This document shows, one piece after another, positions 50,712 to 61,579 of a DNA stretch of 64,000 nt. Below the pieces are notes generated by a model. It saw only the letters and a list, made by a program, of their open reading frames with translations. It was not told the origin of the DNA and searched no databases. Numbering within the stretch: the first letter of the stretch is position 1; each line of letters opens with the position of its first letter. The translations under genes and the position numbers were made by a program. Origin of the DNA: an uncultured Eubacteriales bacterium. GTDB lineage: Bacteria; Bacillota_I; Bacilli_A; RF39; UBA660. The DNA lies in contig CAJMAC010000005.1 of the NCBI GenBank assembly GCA_905211265.1, forward strand, positions 3,290 to 67,289, read 5' to 3'.

Positions 50712-50727
50712 TTTATTTAATTATTAT

Positions 50728-50811
50728 GCGGGTGTGGCGGAATTGGCAGACGCGCTAGACTTAGGATCTAGTGGTATATCCGTGGGGGTTCAAGTCCCTT
50801 CACCCGCACCA
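50728..50811 (+). tRNA. tRNA-Leu (anticodon UAG)
   Basis: Acceptor GCGGGTG/CACCCGC, anticodon stem CTAGA/TCTAG, loop CTTAGGA, long variable arm, T-loop TTCAAGT, CCA encoded. Confidence 0.85.
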
Positions 50812-50972
50812 CTTTTGATTATTAATCCTTGAATTTCAAGGATTTTTATTTTAGATAATGGACCATTAGAACTCTTACCTATTACTGCCCTTATAAGTAG
50901 TTAATAGATAATAATTAATATAAAAGTCCATTGCATATTATAATTATTAAAAATTGATGACTTTAATAGTCA

Positions 50973-51419
50973 TCATTTTTGTTTATATTTAATTTTAGAT
51001 TTATTATTATTAATTTGCTCTTGTAATTCTATTAAGATTTTATTACACCATATAATATCTTCTTTTACTCTATTTAAATCGTTAGTTTTTATTTTTATAT
51101 CAATATTTGAAATTTTATCAATATTACTACATATTGTTTCTAATCTTATTTGAAAAGCTTCGTATAGTTTAACTAATGTTTTATATTCTAAGTTTGCATA
51201 ATCAGTGTCTTTATTTAAATATTTGCTTGTAAGAACAAGATTAATAAATTTAGGATCTATATCATTAACTAAAGGATTATTTAATATATCTTCTATAGAT
51301 TTTAATTTGTTTTCATTACCATACAAAACTTTGTACCAAGTCATTTCTTTAGTATTCTTAAAATACTTATTTAATAGATAATTTCTTATCGGTAATTTTT
51401 CAAGATAAGTATTATACAT
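50973..51419 (-). CDS. Hypothetical protein (148 aa), third gene of a tRNA-flanked three-gene islet
   Basis: ORF only. No recognised motif. Coiled-coil-prone C-terminus. Confidence 0.35.
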   Translation of the reverse strand: MYNTYLEKLPIRNYLLNKYFKNTKEMTWYKVLYGNENKLKSIEDILNNPLVNDIDPKFINLVLTSKYLNKDTDYANLEYKTLVKLYEAFQIRLETICSNIDKISNIDIKIKTNDLNRVKEDIIWCNKILIELQEQINNNKSKIKYKQK

Positions 51420-51457
51420 TGTAAAGAAACTATCAAAATCATATAATAAATCATCTC

Positions 51458-51715
51458 TTAGATATTTTTTTGAAGATATTCTAAATACTTTAAATCAACA
51501 TTATCATCTTGTGGATTATTTTTATAATAGTCTAATGCCATATTAACGCCATAATCATTAGCATCTATTTCAATATACCAACTATCATGTTTAGTAAGAT
51601 ATTTAAAAATACCATATACAGAAGTTTTTAAATCTATTTCAATTTGTTGCATTATTGATTCAAAAGAATTATTTTTTGTTTCATGTTGTAAATAATGCCT
51701 TTTTTCATGATACAT
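51458..51715 (-). CDS. Hypothetical protein (85 aa), second gene of the islet
   Basis: ORF only. 5-nt gap to the upstream gene. Confidence 0.35.
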   Translation of the reverse strand: MYHEKRHYLQHETKNNSFESIMQQIEIDLKTSVYGIFKYLTKHDSWYIEIDANDYGVNMALDYYKNNPQDDNVDLKYLEYLQKNI

Positions 51716-51720
51716 TGTTT

Positions 51721-52134
51721 TTAGAATACTACAACATATTTTTTTATATATTCTTTTTCATGCTCTACTTCAAGTTTTTTTTGCGATAAACTTATTTTTA
51801 TACTTTTTATTCTACCAAATCTAATTTGATTATCTAGAAAAATCAATATTTCTTTTTTTAAATAATGATATAATCCCCCTCCAAAGCAAATTGAATTAGC
51901 TATAGAAGTTACTTTTTTAATTTGTTGATCATAAAAATTTACTAATTTTAATTTTTTATTAAAAGTTGGAGTATCATTATATTGAACAATACATAGATTT
52001 AAATTTTTAAAATCAGGTAAATTTTTAATTTTCTTTGCATATTCTTTTATTTGTTTATTTTCTTCATTATCTTCAAAAGGACTAAATATAATGTTTGATA
52101 AAGTTTCTTTTTTCATACCAACACCAACTTTCAT
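51721..52134 (-). CDS. Hypothetical protein (137 aa; possibly starts at MKKETL), first gene of the islet
   Basis: ORF only. No recognised motif. Confidence 0.35.
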   Translation of the reverse strand: MKVGVGMKKETLSNIIFSPFEDNEENKQIKEYAKKIKNLPDFKNLNLCIVQYNDTPTFNKKLKLVNFYDQQIKKVTSIANSICFGGGLYHYLKKEILIFLDNQIRFGRIKSIKISLSQKKLEVEHEKEYIKKYVVVF

Positions 52135-52232
52135 TTGCGTGTATTATATCATATTTATTATTTTTTGTTAACAAAATTATGAAAAAATAATTGAAATTAA
52201 TCTAAAATATGATATAATTAGTATTGTTAAAT

Positions 52233-52319
52233 GCTTGTGTGGCGGAATTGGTAGACGCGCTGGACTCAAAATCCAGTATTAGTGATAATGTGTGGGTCCG
52301 AGTCCCACCACAAGCACCA
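52233..52319 (+). tRNA. tRNA-Leu (anticodon CAA) with T-loop TCCGAGT
   Basis: Acceptor GCTTGTG/CACAAGC, anticodon stem CTGGA/TCCAG, loop CTCAAAA, long variable arm, CCA encoded. Confidence 0.8.
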
Positions 52320-52331
52320 TTGGGAAATTAG

Positions 52332-52388
52332 TCGAACTAATCGACTTTAAATATATGAAAGGTTAATTTCGATTAACATTTTTTTATG
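52332..52388 (+). terminator. Two consecutive hairpins after tRNA-Leu(CAA), the second followed by a T-run
   Basis: AGTCGA-ACTAA-TCGACT at 52332-52348 and GTTAAT-TTCGA-TTAAC plus ATTTTTTT at 52362-52388. Confidence 0.6.
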
Positions 52389-52874
52389 CATTTCATTTTG
52401 AAAGAAGTTGATTAGTATGCACTTAATAAAGGAAAGATTAGATATTGAAGAAAGTTAAAAAAGGATTAAAAATACTTTAAAAATTCTAAATATCAAATCT
52501 AAAATTATAAAATGAAATATTATAAGTATTAAAAACACTAATCTTACTTATATAGAACCACATAAGTTAGTATTATTTAAGGTTCCTGTATTACCATCAA
52601 CAATTATAAAAATATAATAAAAAAAGTACTAACTTTGTGGTCATATAATTTAAGAAATATTAATATTTAGGACACAGGTTATCTTATAAAAGCTTTAAAT
52701 ACTGGGATAAACTACCTAATGGATAGCTGTTGTCTGATGCATTATCAAATACATAAGTCGGTACCAAAAAGTAATAAAAATATTTGTTAAAATTAAAATT
52801 GTTTATAGCAGAGAAAGTTTGTGTAAAAATCTTAAAAATATATGTTATAATAATTCATATACAAGGAGGGTTTT

Positions 52875-53879
52875 ATGGTAAATTTAGAACATAAATTAAC
52901 AGTGGATGACTTAATAGTTGAGTATATGATGTATAAAGTTAAAAATGGATATGAACCAAGTTTTTTAACAACAGAATTTATAAACTTTCTATATTTTTTT
53001 GAAAGTAAGATGCTAGTTGAAGACTCATTATATGAAAATGAAAAATTGTTTCAAAGATTTTTCGAACGCAAGGCAGAAAGTGATTGGTCTATAACCATAG
53101 ATTGGAAGACTGATAAAAAAAAGATAATACCACATATGGATATGGTATACAGTGATAAAGATAATGACTATTTAATTAAAGCAAATTATAAATTAAGCGA
53201 TTTTGACAGAAGTGTTATAAATACGTATTTTATGGATAATGGTATGGGACAATATGATGATTTTAAAGGACAAACTTTTAAAATTAGAAATATCATTGGA
53301 AAATGGTTAGCAAATTATCCTAAAAGAAAAATTGATGAGACTATTGAAATAGAAGAACAAAATTTACTTGTAGGAAAGTATACTGCTGCTGAAATTATAA
53401 CTAATATTTGGAACAGTTATATAGATAAACAAATTCAAAATCATACTTGGCCTAGACAGTGCAAAGATATGAATAAATATTTGTTTGAAATGGATTTGGC
53501 TAATATTATTGGAACAAAATCGATAAAAAAAGATTTAATTGAACTATATAGTGTTCTTTCAAAAAGAATAGCAATTTTATATCAAAAAGATAAAAAATTA
53601 AAAATTAGTTCTTTTTCAAATGGATATTTAGCTCATGCAAATTATAAATTATTAGTTCAAGGTTACGAGAATATAATAAGTATTGCTTTTGGAAAATATA
53701 ACAAATCATTGGAAGTTGATTTATCTACTTTAACATTTAAAGAAAGCCATGAAATTGATGAAGTATATAATTGGGATGAAGATCCAGATATAAAAACTAC
53801 TACTACATCAGTTGGAAATAAAAATGTAAAAAAATTAGTTAAAAATCTAGATAATCATAATTCAAATCAAAATGCATAA
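52875..53879 (+). CDS. Hypothetical protein (334 aa), unknown family
   Basis: Strong ribosome-binding site AAGGAGGG. Preceded by about 550 bp of non-coding DNA. No recognised motif. Confidence 0.5.
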   Translation: MVNLEHKLTVDDLIVEYMMYKVKNGYEPSFLTTEFINFLYFFESKMLVEDSLYENEKLFQRFFERKAESDWSITIDWKTDKKKIIPHMDMVYSDKDNDYLIKANYKLSDFDRSVINTYFMDNGMGQYDDFKGQTFKIRNIIGKWLANYPKRKIDETIEIEEQNLLVGKYTAAEIITNIWNSYIDKQIQNHTWPRQCKDMNKYLFEMDLANIIGTKSIKKDLIELYSVLSKRIAILYQKDKKLKISSFSNGYLAHANYKLLVQGYENIISIAFGKYNKSLEVDLSTLTFKESHEIDEVYNWDEDPDIKTTTTSVGNKNVKKLVKNLDNHNSNQNA

Positions 53880-54075
53880 TTTCATAATTGATATGTAATT
53901 AAATTCAAAAAAATACTAAATTCCAGTTTCTACTTGAAATTTAGTAAAATTTGAAAATAATTAATGATGATTTTATCTTTGTTTGTTAAAATATTTATAG
54001 AGATTTGATGAATATCAATCGTCTTATGCGAAAAGTTGTAGATTACTACGACACTCGCACCAGATATTAAAAATA

Positions 54076-54106
54076 AAGAACTACATATTTAATTGATGTA
54101 GTTCTT
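54076..54106. terminator. Bidirectional terminator hairpin between convergent genes
   Basis: Perfect 11-bp inverted repeat AAGAACTACAT-ATTTAATTG-ATGTAGTTCTT flanked by A-run and T-run. Confidence 0.7.
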
Positions 54107-54111
54107 TTTAT

Positions 54112-54981
54112 TTATTTATCAATATTAATTAATTCATATTCTTTATTTCCAATTTTTAAATCATAAGCACTATCAATTGTATGTACACCATTTCTTGATT
54201 CAATTCTTTCAATTAAATGTTCTTTACCTGAATCACTTGAATTATATACCAAGTCTAAGCAAGCTTTATCTATTGCAACAGGATCAGTTGAAGCAAGTAT
54301 GCCAATATCTTTCATACATGGATCTTCTGCTTTAGCACAACAATCGCAATCAACTGACATATTACACATTACATTTATATATGCTATATTATTTTCAAAT
54401 AGTTTAATAACAGAACTTGCAGCATCTGCCATTGACTCTAAAAACAAATCATGATCAGCAGTCCGTAATTTTTCTGGTTCTCCTGCACCATGAATATATG
54501 CTTTTCCATATGATGAAGCACATCCTATTGATAATTGTTTTAGTGCACCACCATATCCTCCCATTGGATGTCCTTTAAAATGAGATAATACTAACATTGA
54601 ATTATATTTATCTATATTTTTTCCTAAATAATTCTTTTTTATTACTTTACCATTTGGTATTTCTATTTCTTTATCTGGTCCTGTTTCATCTAATAAATCA
54701 ACTTTGAAATATTTAGTCCATCTATGGTTTTCAAGTAACTTTTTATGTTTTTTACTTGTGTTTCTTTCTCCATCGTATGCTGTATTACATTCTACTACTG
54801 TTCCATTTACATAATTTATAATATTTTTAAAATATTCTGGATGAAGAAAATTTTGATTACCTGCTTCACCTGAATGTACCTTTACTGCTACATTACCTTT
54901 TAATTCAATATTTAAGTGTTTAAAAATATTAATTAATGATTCACTACTTAAATTTTTTGTAAAATAAACTTTGCTTTTCAT
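54112..54981 (-). CDS. DUF362 domain protein with a Cys-rich cluster
   Basis: 289 aa. VAVKVHSGEAGN and HFKGHPMGGYGGALKQLSIGCAS resemble the DUF362 K-H-G-KN-G pattern. CNMSVDCDCCAKAEDPC is a possible metal or Fe-S ligand set. Confidence 0.45.
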   Translation of the reverse strand: MKSKVYFTKNLSSESLINIFKHLNIELKGNVAVKVHSGEAGNQNFLHPEYFKNIINYVNGTVVECNTAYDGERNTSKKHKKLLENHRWTKYFKVDLLDETGPDKEIEIPNGKVIKKNYLGKNIDKYNSMLVLSHFKGHPMGGYGGALKQLSIGCASSYGKAYIHGAGEPEKLRTADHDLFLESMADAASSVIKLFENNIAYINVMCNMSVDCDCCAKAEDPCMKDIGILASTDPVAIDKACLDLVYNSSDSGKEHLIERIESRNGVHTIDSAYDLKIGNKEYELINIDK

Positions 54982-55050
54982 TTTAGTACCTCCATATATA
55001 TTGTATCATAATATAATTATTTTTACGAAAAAATTATAAAAAAAAAGAGA

Positions 55051-55335
55051 TTATCTAGTAGCATTTATGCTTACTTGTTTTTTATCTCTTCCTAAATGTT
55101 CATATTTTACATATCCTGATACTTTTGCAAATAGTGTATCATCTGTACCTCTACCTACATTAGTTCCTGGATGAATTTTTGTTCCTCTTTGGCGATAAAT
55201 AATACTTCCTGCATTTACGAATTCGCCATCACTTGCTTTTGCTCCAAGTCTACGACCTGCTGAATCTCTACCATTACTAGTAGAACTTTGTCCTTTTTTA
55301 TGAGCAAATAATTGTATATTAAATTCTAAGAACTT
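55051..55335 (-). CDS. rpmA: 50S ribosomal protein L27 with Prp-cleavable N-terminal extension
   Basis: Start chosen at [16 protein letters not shown] (typical L27 propeptide); the track ORF is 7 codons longer. Conserved [10 protein letters not shown]. Confidence 0.9.
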   Translation of the reverse strand, partial: KFLEFNIQLFAHKKGQSSTSNGRDSAGRRLGAKASDGEFVNAGSIIYRQRGTKIHPGTNVGRGTDDTLFAKVSGYVKYEHLGRDKKQVSINATR

Positions 55336-55348
55336 CATATTAGCCTCC

Positions 55349-55654
55349 TTAATCATATATTTTTATGTTTTTAGGATATTCTACTACTAAACTTTTTAGA
55401 TTTGATAACATACTATTTAATAATACTTGGGAATTTTTTTCATTTTTTAATACTTTTATTGTCATCTTATCTAAAATATTATCTACTTCTAGTATAGAAT
55501 TATCTAATGCTATTATGCCATTTATGGTAGTTAATACACTTGCACTTACTGCAGCACATACTATATCTTTACCATAATCATCATAATTAGCGTGTCCTGT
55601 GATAACAATTTTACTTATAAAATTATTATCATATTCAACTTTTATTTTTATCAT
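55349..55654 (-). CDS. prp: Ribosomal-processing cysteine protease Prp (YsxB)
   Basis: 101 aa, between rplU and rpmA. Conserved GHA and DIVCAAVS motifs. Confidence 0.8.
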   Translation of the reverse strand: MIKIKVEYDNNFISKIVITGHANYDDYGKDIVCAAVSASVLTTINGIIALDNSILEVDNILDKMTIKVLKNEKNSQVLLNSMLSNLKSLVVEYPKNIKIYD

Positions 55655-55662
55655 AACACACC

Positions 55663-55962
55663 TTATTTAATAGTTTTAATTTCTACTTTTGTATAAGGTT
55701 GACGATGTCCTCTAGTTTTTCTAGTAGAACGTTTATTAGGTACATAAGTGAATACTCTGATTTTTTTACCTTTTCCTTGTTTTAATACAACACCTTCAAC
55801 TGTTGCACCAGGAACATATGGATTTCCAGCAACTCCATTTACCATTAATACTTTGTCAAAAACAACTTTACTATTTTCTTCAGCATCTAATTTTTCAACA
55901 AAAATTACATCTCCTTCAGAAACATAAACTTGCTTTCCACCAGTTTCTATAACTGCTTTCAT
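55663..55962 (-). CDS. rplU: 50S ribosomal protein L21
   Basis: 99 aa, [18 protein letters not shown]. First gene of the rplU-prp-rpmA operon. Confidence 0.9.
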   Translation of the reverse strand: MKAVIETGGKQVYVSEGDVIFVEKLDAEENSKVVFDKVLMVNGVAGNPYVPGATVEGVVLKQGKGKKIRVFTYVPNKRSTRKTRGHRQPYTKVEIKTIK

Positions 55963-56093
55963 AACTTACCTCCTTTTATGTAATCAAAGACTCGCCTTTA
56001 AGGTGGAATAATCTCTTTTTATACCTTTTTAGTGCGGTTGAGTAATCAACTCGAGGTCTTCAAAACACTATGATTATAGCATAAATTCTTAAT
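55963..56093 (-). promoter_or_regulatory. Structured 5' leader of the rplU operon (L21-leader-like autoregulatory element)
   Basis: About 130-nt untranslated leader with several GC-containing stems (CTCGAGTTGATTACTCAACCGCAC) in an AT-rich context, directly upstream of rplU as in other Firmicutes. Confidence 0.4.
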
Positions 56094-56837
56094 CTAGTCA
56101 AACATTTTTGACAAAAAATCTTCTTCTTTCATATAATTTTTATTATTTTTTATTATATGATTAGTATTTCTATACATTTTATTATAATTATCTATTATTC
56201 TTGTATTTTGATATTTAGTTTTATATAAGTATTTTTCTAGTAAAAATCTATTATAAATATAGTTAATATTTTTTAAATAATTATATAAATAATTTATAAG
56301 TATTCCTAATATTAAGATAAAAGAATAATTAAATTTAAAAATAAATAGTATTAAAATTATATTTATTATAGATAATATTATTAATAAAATATTACTTAAT
56401 TTATAGTTAAATATTTTATTGATAATTATATTTAATATTTTAGATCCATCAAGGGGATATATTGGTATTAAATTAAATAAAACAATGGAATAATGATATT
56501 TATTAAATAACTCAAAAACATATGGTCTTATTATGTTATTTTTATATAATATATAAATAATAAAATAATATATTGTTTGCATAATAATTCCTGATATACT
56601 TATAATTAATTCTTTAGTTAAATCTATATCTATTACACTATTTAATCTTGTTATTCCTCCGTATGGATATATAGTTATATTTTTTACTTCAATATTAAGT
56701 ATTTTACTAGATAAATAATGTCCTAATTCATGAATTACAATTAAGGAAGTAAAGATTAATAAATTAATAAATTGTCCTGTTAATAAAAAAGATAATACTA
56801 GTATATAGTATGTATAATGAAACTTTATTTTATTCAT
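56094..56837 (-). CDS. Site-2 (M50) zinc metalloprotease, SpoIVFB-like but lacking the C-terminal CBS domain
   Basis: 247 aa polytopic protein with HELGH at a TM helix and the LDGS motif of intramembrane S2P proteases. Follows an M23-like gene as in spoIVFA-spoIVFB. Confidence 0.6.
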   Translation of the reverse strand: MNKIKFHYTYYILVLSFLLTGQFINLLIFTSLIVIHELGHYLSSKILNIEVKNITIYPYGGITRLNSVIDIDLTKELIISISGIIMQTIYYFIIYILYKNNIIRPYVFELFNKYHYSIVLFNLIPIYPLDGSKILNIIINKIFNYKLSNILLIILSIINIILILFIFKFNYSFILILGILINYLYNYLKNINYIYNRFLLEKYLYKTKYQNTRIIDNYNKMYRNTNHIIKNNKNYMKEEDFLSKMFD

Positions 56838-56850
56838 TTTATACTAATAC

Positions 56851-57471
56851 CTAGTATTCTTCTATATCTAAAAATTTACCATCTTTTTCATAAACAAGAT
56901 ATAATGTATTATTAGAAACTTCTCCTAATAAGCTACCTTTTTCAACATAATCATATAATTTTACACTTGTATTAGACATATTACCATACCATATATTTAT
57001 ATCATCTACTCCTTGAATTATTATAACATTACCATATCCCTCTTTTTCCCCTGAAAATACTACTAAACCTTCTTTAATAATTGGTACTAAATAATTAGTA
57101 GATACTTCTAATTTTACTCCATCTAAATATTTACTTTTACTATTATAGGTTAATGTTTCATTAAATACTGGAGTGGTATTTTTTGCAACTTTATTTAATG
57201 AATCTACTCCTCCCAAATATTTATTATAGAATTCTTTTATTTTAGCAAACGAAAAATTATTATTGTATACTTTATTATAAATAAAATCTTTGTAGGTTGT
57301 ACTTTTTTTCATTATTATTAAATTAATAAGAAATAATACTATTAAAAACAATATTCTATTTATATGTTTTCTATAATTAAACTTCTTTGGTTTATTATTT
57401 GTACCATTTATTTTATTTAAGTATTTTGATGTATCTATCATATTATTCACCCTAATAATATATATGAACAA
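56851..57471 (-). CDS. M23/LytM-like membrane protein, SpoIVFA-like
   Basis: 206 aa. N-terminal TM helix and degenerate M23 core GLVVFSGEKEGYGNVIIIQG ... YGNMS ... KGSLLGEV. Confidence 0.5.
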   Translation of the reverse strand: MFIYIIRVNNMIDTSKYLNKINGTNNKPKKFNYRKHINRILFLIVLFLINLIIMKKSTTYKDFIYNKVYNNNFSFAKIKEFYNKYLGGVDSLNKVAKNTTPVFNETLTYNSKSKYLDGVKLEVSTNYLVPIIKEGLVVFSGEKEGYGNVIIIQGVDDINIWYGNMSNTSVKLYDYVEKGSLLGEVSNNTLYLVYEKDGKFLDIEEY

Positions 57472-57499
57472 TATAATAATTTAGAATAAAAGAATTATA

Positions 57500-58492
57500 T
57501 TATTTCTTATAATTCTTTAAATATTCAATTACATCATTAAATTTATCTACACTTATTATTTCTAAATTATAATTATATTTATTTTTAGTATTTATTGCTT
57601 CTTCATAATTGGCTTTTGGTACAAATACTACATCTAATTTATTTTTAGCAGCACCCATTATTTTATAATTTACTCCATCAATTTCTCCGACATTACCATT
57701 TATATCTATTGTACCTGTTCCTCCAATATTTAATCCTTTGGTTATATCTTCATCACTTATTGCATTATATATGGTTACTGCTGTCATTAAGCCACCAGAA
57801 GCTCCTGATTCACTTTCTTTAAATTTTATATTTATCTTAGGATCTAATTCATAATCATAATTAGTTATTACTACAATACCTAATACTTTATAATTATTAC
57901 TTAATGTTACTGGTACATATAATTCTAATTCTTTATCATTTCTTTTTACAGTTAATTTTACTTTATCTGAAATATTAGTATCTTTTATTACTTCTTTTAT
58001 TGTATCTACTGATTCTACTTCAATATCATTTATTTTTAATATTTCATCATTTATTTTAATTTCATTATCATTAGTAGTACCTATTACTATATTTCTTTTA
58101 TTATTTATTTTTATTTCTTTACCTAAGGAATTATATGCTACAAATATAGCATTTTGAATAGAATTATCTAACATTATTTTGTTTCTTGTGTGTATTTCTT
58201 CGAGAGTTTCATTAGATAGTTGTTCGTTAGATAATTTTTCTACTTTCCATTCTGGCATAAATAATGACATTAATAGGCTACTTACATTACCATTATATTG
58301 TGTTACATATAATAAGTTAATACTACCTTTAGTGTCTTTATTATTAGAAACTTCTACTCTATCACTTATTGGTATTATACCTCCTGGAGCCATTATATAA
58401 TATGGCAAGTTTATATTAAATATAATTAATACTAATATTATAGTTATTATATATCCTTTGAATTCTAATAATATATCTTTTATTTTTTTCAT
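57500..58492 (-). CDS. YlbL-like PDZ plus Lon-type (S16) protease domain membrane protein
   Basis: 330 aa. N-terminal TM helix, central PDZ-like region, C-terminal S16-like ESGASGGLMTAV. Confidence 0.55.
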   Translation of the reverse strand: MKKIKDILLEFKGYIITIILVLIIFNINLPYYIMAPGGIIPISDRVEVSNNKDTKGSINLLYVTQYNGNVSSLLMSLFMPEWKVEKLSNEQLSNETLEEIHTRNKIMLDNSIQNAIFVAYNSLGKEIKINNKRNIVIGTTNDNEIKINDEILKINDIEVESVDTIKEVIKDTNISDKVKLTVKRNDKELELYVPVTLSNNYKVLGIVVITNYDYELDPKINIKFKESESGASGGLMTAVTIYNAISDEDITKGLNIGGTGTIDINGNVGEIDGVNYKIMGAAKNKLDVVFVPKANYEEAINTKNKYNYNLEIISVDKFNDVIEYLKNYKK

Positions 58493-58550
58493 ATATTCAC
58501 CCTTACTTTAATTTTATTTATAATTATAATTATTATTCATATACTTTATT

Positions 58551-59483
58551 ATGAAAACAAAATATAAAAATATTATTATAATTATATGTAGTTTATTCTT
58601 TTTAGTTAATTTAATTATTTATAGAAATCTTGTTTTTGATACAGTAGGATTTTCTTTAAATATTTGGATTACTTCTTTATTACCTGCTTTATTTCCTTTT
58701 TTTATAGTATCTGATATTTTAATTAATTATGATGTTATAAAGTATTTCCCTAAGGTAATTAGAAATAGTATTAAATATTTATTTAATGTTAGTGATAATG
58801 GTTTAGTAATAATTTTACTTAGTATGTTATCAGGTTTTCCTAGTAATGCTAGAAATATTAAAAATATGTATTTAGATAAAAAGATTACTAAGGAAGAAGG
58901 AGAACATTTATTATATTTTACTCATTTTTCTAATCCTATGTTTATTTTAGGTACTATACCTTTAATATTAAATAGTAATAAAATTAGTAAATATATATTA
59001 ATTTCTCATTATTTAGCTAATATTATTCTTGGTATTTGTTTAAGAAAATATAATAGAGTTAATGATAGCAATAATTCTAATTATAAAGAAGATAAACATA
59101 ATTTTGGATTAGTTCTTACCACTTCGATTAGAAAATCTTTAGATAGTGTTTTAGGTATTCTAGGTACTTTAACTGTATTTTTAATTATATCTACTTTATT
59201 AATTAATTTCTTTAATCTAGATAATACTAGTAGTTTACTTGTTAAAAGTATTTTAGAATTAACTAGTGGTTTAAAAGAACTAGGAAGTTATAATTTATTA
59301 GATAAATACTTACTTATTATTAGTTCTTGTATTTTATCTTTCGGGGGATTATCAGTACATATGCAAGTTATTAATGAATTAGTAGATACTGACATTAGTT
59401 ATAAAAATTATTTTATTGGCAGAATATTACAAGTTGTACTTAGTTTAGGAATTAGTTATTTAATTAGTTTATTCGCTTTCTAA
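58551..59483 (+). CDS. YlbJ-like sporulation integral membrane protein
   Basis: 310 aa polytopic membrane protein, divergent from the ylbL-like gene as in Bacillus ylbJ-ylbL. Confidence 0.5.
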   Translation: MKTKYKNIIIIICSLFFLVNLIIYRNLVFDTVGFSLNIWITSLLPALFPFFIVSDILINYDVIKYFPKVIRNSIKYLFNVSDNGLVIILLSMLSGFPSNARNIKNMYLDKKITKEEGEHLLYFTHFSNPMFILGTIPLILNSNKISKYILISHYLANIILGICLRKYNRVNDSNNSNYKEDKHNFGLVLTTSIRKSLDSVLGILGTLTVFLIISTLLINFFNLDNTSSLLVKSILELTSGLKELGSYNLLDKYLLIISSCILSFGGLSVHMQVINELVDTDISYKNYFIGRILQVVLSLGISYLISLFAF

Positions 59484-61418
59484 TTCAAATATTATATCTC
59501 TTAATTCCATTGCACGTTCAAAGTCTAATTTTTTAGCAGCATCATTCATTTCCTTAGTTAAATTATCTATCATATCTAATTTTTCTTTCTTAGATAATTT
59601 TACTTTTGGTTCTTCTTTTATTTCTTCTTCATTACTTATTAAATCTCTTATTTCTTTTATTATTGTTTTTGGAGTTATATTATGTTCTTTATTATATTCT
59701 TCTTGTATTTTTCTACGACGAGCAGTTTCTTTTATAGCTTTATCCATACTTTCTGAAATAGTATCAGCATACATTATTACATGTCCGTGTTCATTTCTTG
59801 CACACCTTCCTATTGTTTGAATAAGACTACGATCACTTCTTAAAAATCCTTGCTTATCTGCATCCATTATTGCTATTAAACTTACTTCAGGTATATCTAT
59901 ACCTTCACGTAGTAAATTTATACCTACTACTACATCATATTTACCTAATCTTAAATCTCTAATTATTTTCATTCTTTGTAATGATTTTATTTCATTATGT
60001 AAGTATGCTACTTTTATATCTAAATTTTTTAAATAGTTAGTTAATTCTTCAGCCATTCTTATAGTTAATGTTGTTATTAATACCCTTTCATTCTTTTGTA
60101 TTCTCTTATTTATTTCATTAACTAAATCATCAATTTGATTTTTAGTAGGTTTTACATCAATTGTAGGATCTAATAATCCTGTAGGTCTTATTATTTGTTC
60201 AACATATTTATTATTAGTACGATTTAATTCATATTCTCCTGGAGTAGCAGATACATAAATTACTTGATGTATCTTTTTTTCAAACTCTTCAAAGGTAAGT
60301 GGTCTATTATCTAATGCTGATGGTAATCTAAATCCATAATCTACTAAGTTCATTTTTCTTGCTCTATCTCCATTATACATTCCTTTTACTTGTGGTAGTG
60401 TAACATGAGATTCATCAATTACAAGTAAGTAATCATTTCCAAAGAAATCCATTAAAGTTGTCGGAGTGGATCCAGGTTCTTTTAATGCAAGTGGTCTAGA
60501 ATAATTTTCTACCCCATGACAAAATCCTGTTTCTGCTAACATTTCCATATCATAGTTTACTCTTTCACGAAGTCTTTGCTCTTCTATTAATTTTCCTTTT
60601 TCTTTGAAATAATTACATCTTTCTTCAGCTTCTTTTCTTATATTTTCTATTGCTTGTTTTAATTTAGCATCACTTGTTACGAAGTGTGAAGCTGGGAATA
60701 TTGATACACTCTTTTTATCTTTTAAAACTTTACCTGTAAGAGTATCAAATTCACTAATTCTATCTATTTCATTACCAAACAATTCTATTCTTATTCCACT
60801 TTTTCTTTCATTCGCAGGAATTAATTCTATAGTATCTCCTTTTACTCTAAATGTTCCTCTTTTAAAGTCAATATCATTTCTTTCATATAACATATCTACT
60901 AAGCGTTTTAAAATATCATCTCTTTCATAGATATCTCCTTTATTTAAAGTTAACATTTTATTTTTATATTCTTCAATTTCTCCAATACCATAAATACATG
61001 AAACAGATGCTACTATTATTACATCTTTACTTGTAATTAAAGCACTAGTAGCAGCATGTCTCATTTCATCTATCTCATCATTAATACTACTATCTTTTTC
61101 AATATAAGTATCTGTAGAGGGTACATATGCTTCAGGTTGATAATAATCGTAATATGATATAAAATAACCCACATGATTATCAGGAAATAATTCTTTTAAT
61201 TCACTATATAGTTGACCTGCGAGTGTCTTATTATGTGCTAAAACAAGAGTTGGTTTATTAACTTCTTTTATTACGTTGGCAATAGTAAATGTTTTACCTG
61301 TTCCTGTTGCACCAAGTAATACTTGATCTCTTTTACCTTCTTTTAATCCTTGAACTAACTCACTAATTGCTTCTGGTTGATCACCACTTGGTTTATATTT
61401 ACTTACTAAATTAAACAT
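59469..61418 (-). CDS. uvrB: Excinuclease ABC subunit B
   Basis: Start chosen at [15 protein letters not shown] (ribosome-binding site AAAGGA 8 nt upstream); the track ORF adds 3 codons. Walker [13 protein letters not shown] box, C-terminal UVR domain. Confidence 0.95.
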   Translation of the reverse strand: MFNLVSKYKPSGDQPEAISELVQGLKEGKRDQVLLGATGTGKTFTIANVIKEVNKPTLVLAHNKTLAGQLYSELKELFPDNHVGYFISYYDYYQPEAYVPSTDTYIEKDSSINDEIDEMRHAATSALITSKDVIIVASVSCIYGIGEIEEYKNKMLTLNKGDIYERDDILKRLVDMLYERNDIDFKRGTFRVKGDTIELIPANERKSGIRIELFGNEIDRISEFDTLTGKVLKDKKSVSIFPASHFVTSDAKLKQAIENIRKEAEERCNYFKEKGKLIEEQRLRERVNYDMEMLAETGFCHGVENYSRPLALKEPGSTPTTLMDFFGNDYLLVIDESHVTLPQVKGMYNGDRARKMNLVDYGFRLPSALDNRPLTFEEFEKKIHQVIYVSATPGEYELNRTNNKYVEQIIRPTGLLDPTIDVKPTKNQIDDLVNEINKRIQKNERVLITTLTIRMAEELTNYLKNLDIKVAYLHNEIKSLQRMKIIRDLRLGKYDVVVGINLLREGIDIPEVSLIAIMDADKQGFLRSDRSLIQTIGRCARNEHGHVIMYADTISESMDKAIKETARRRKIQEEYNKEHNITPKTIIKEIRDLISNEEEIKEEPKVKLSKKEKLDMIDNLTKEMNDAAKKLDFERAMELRDIIFELESE

Positions 61419-61579
61419 AACTATCATCCTTTCTAATACTTTATATCTTTTGTAACTAATATTAATCTAATTAATGCGTACTTAATTTAAATATATTTAT
61501 ATTTTATCACTAATAGTTAAGAAAAACAAGAAAACATTTTACTATTTCCTTGGTATTATTTGTCTATGTTTTATAACCT

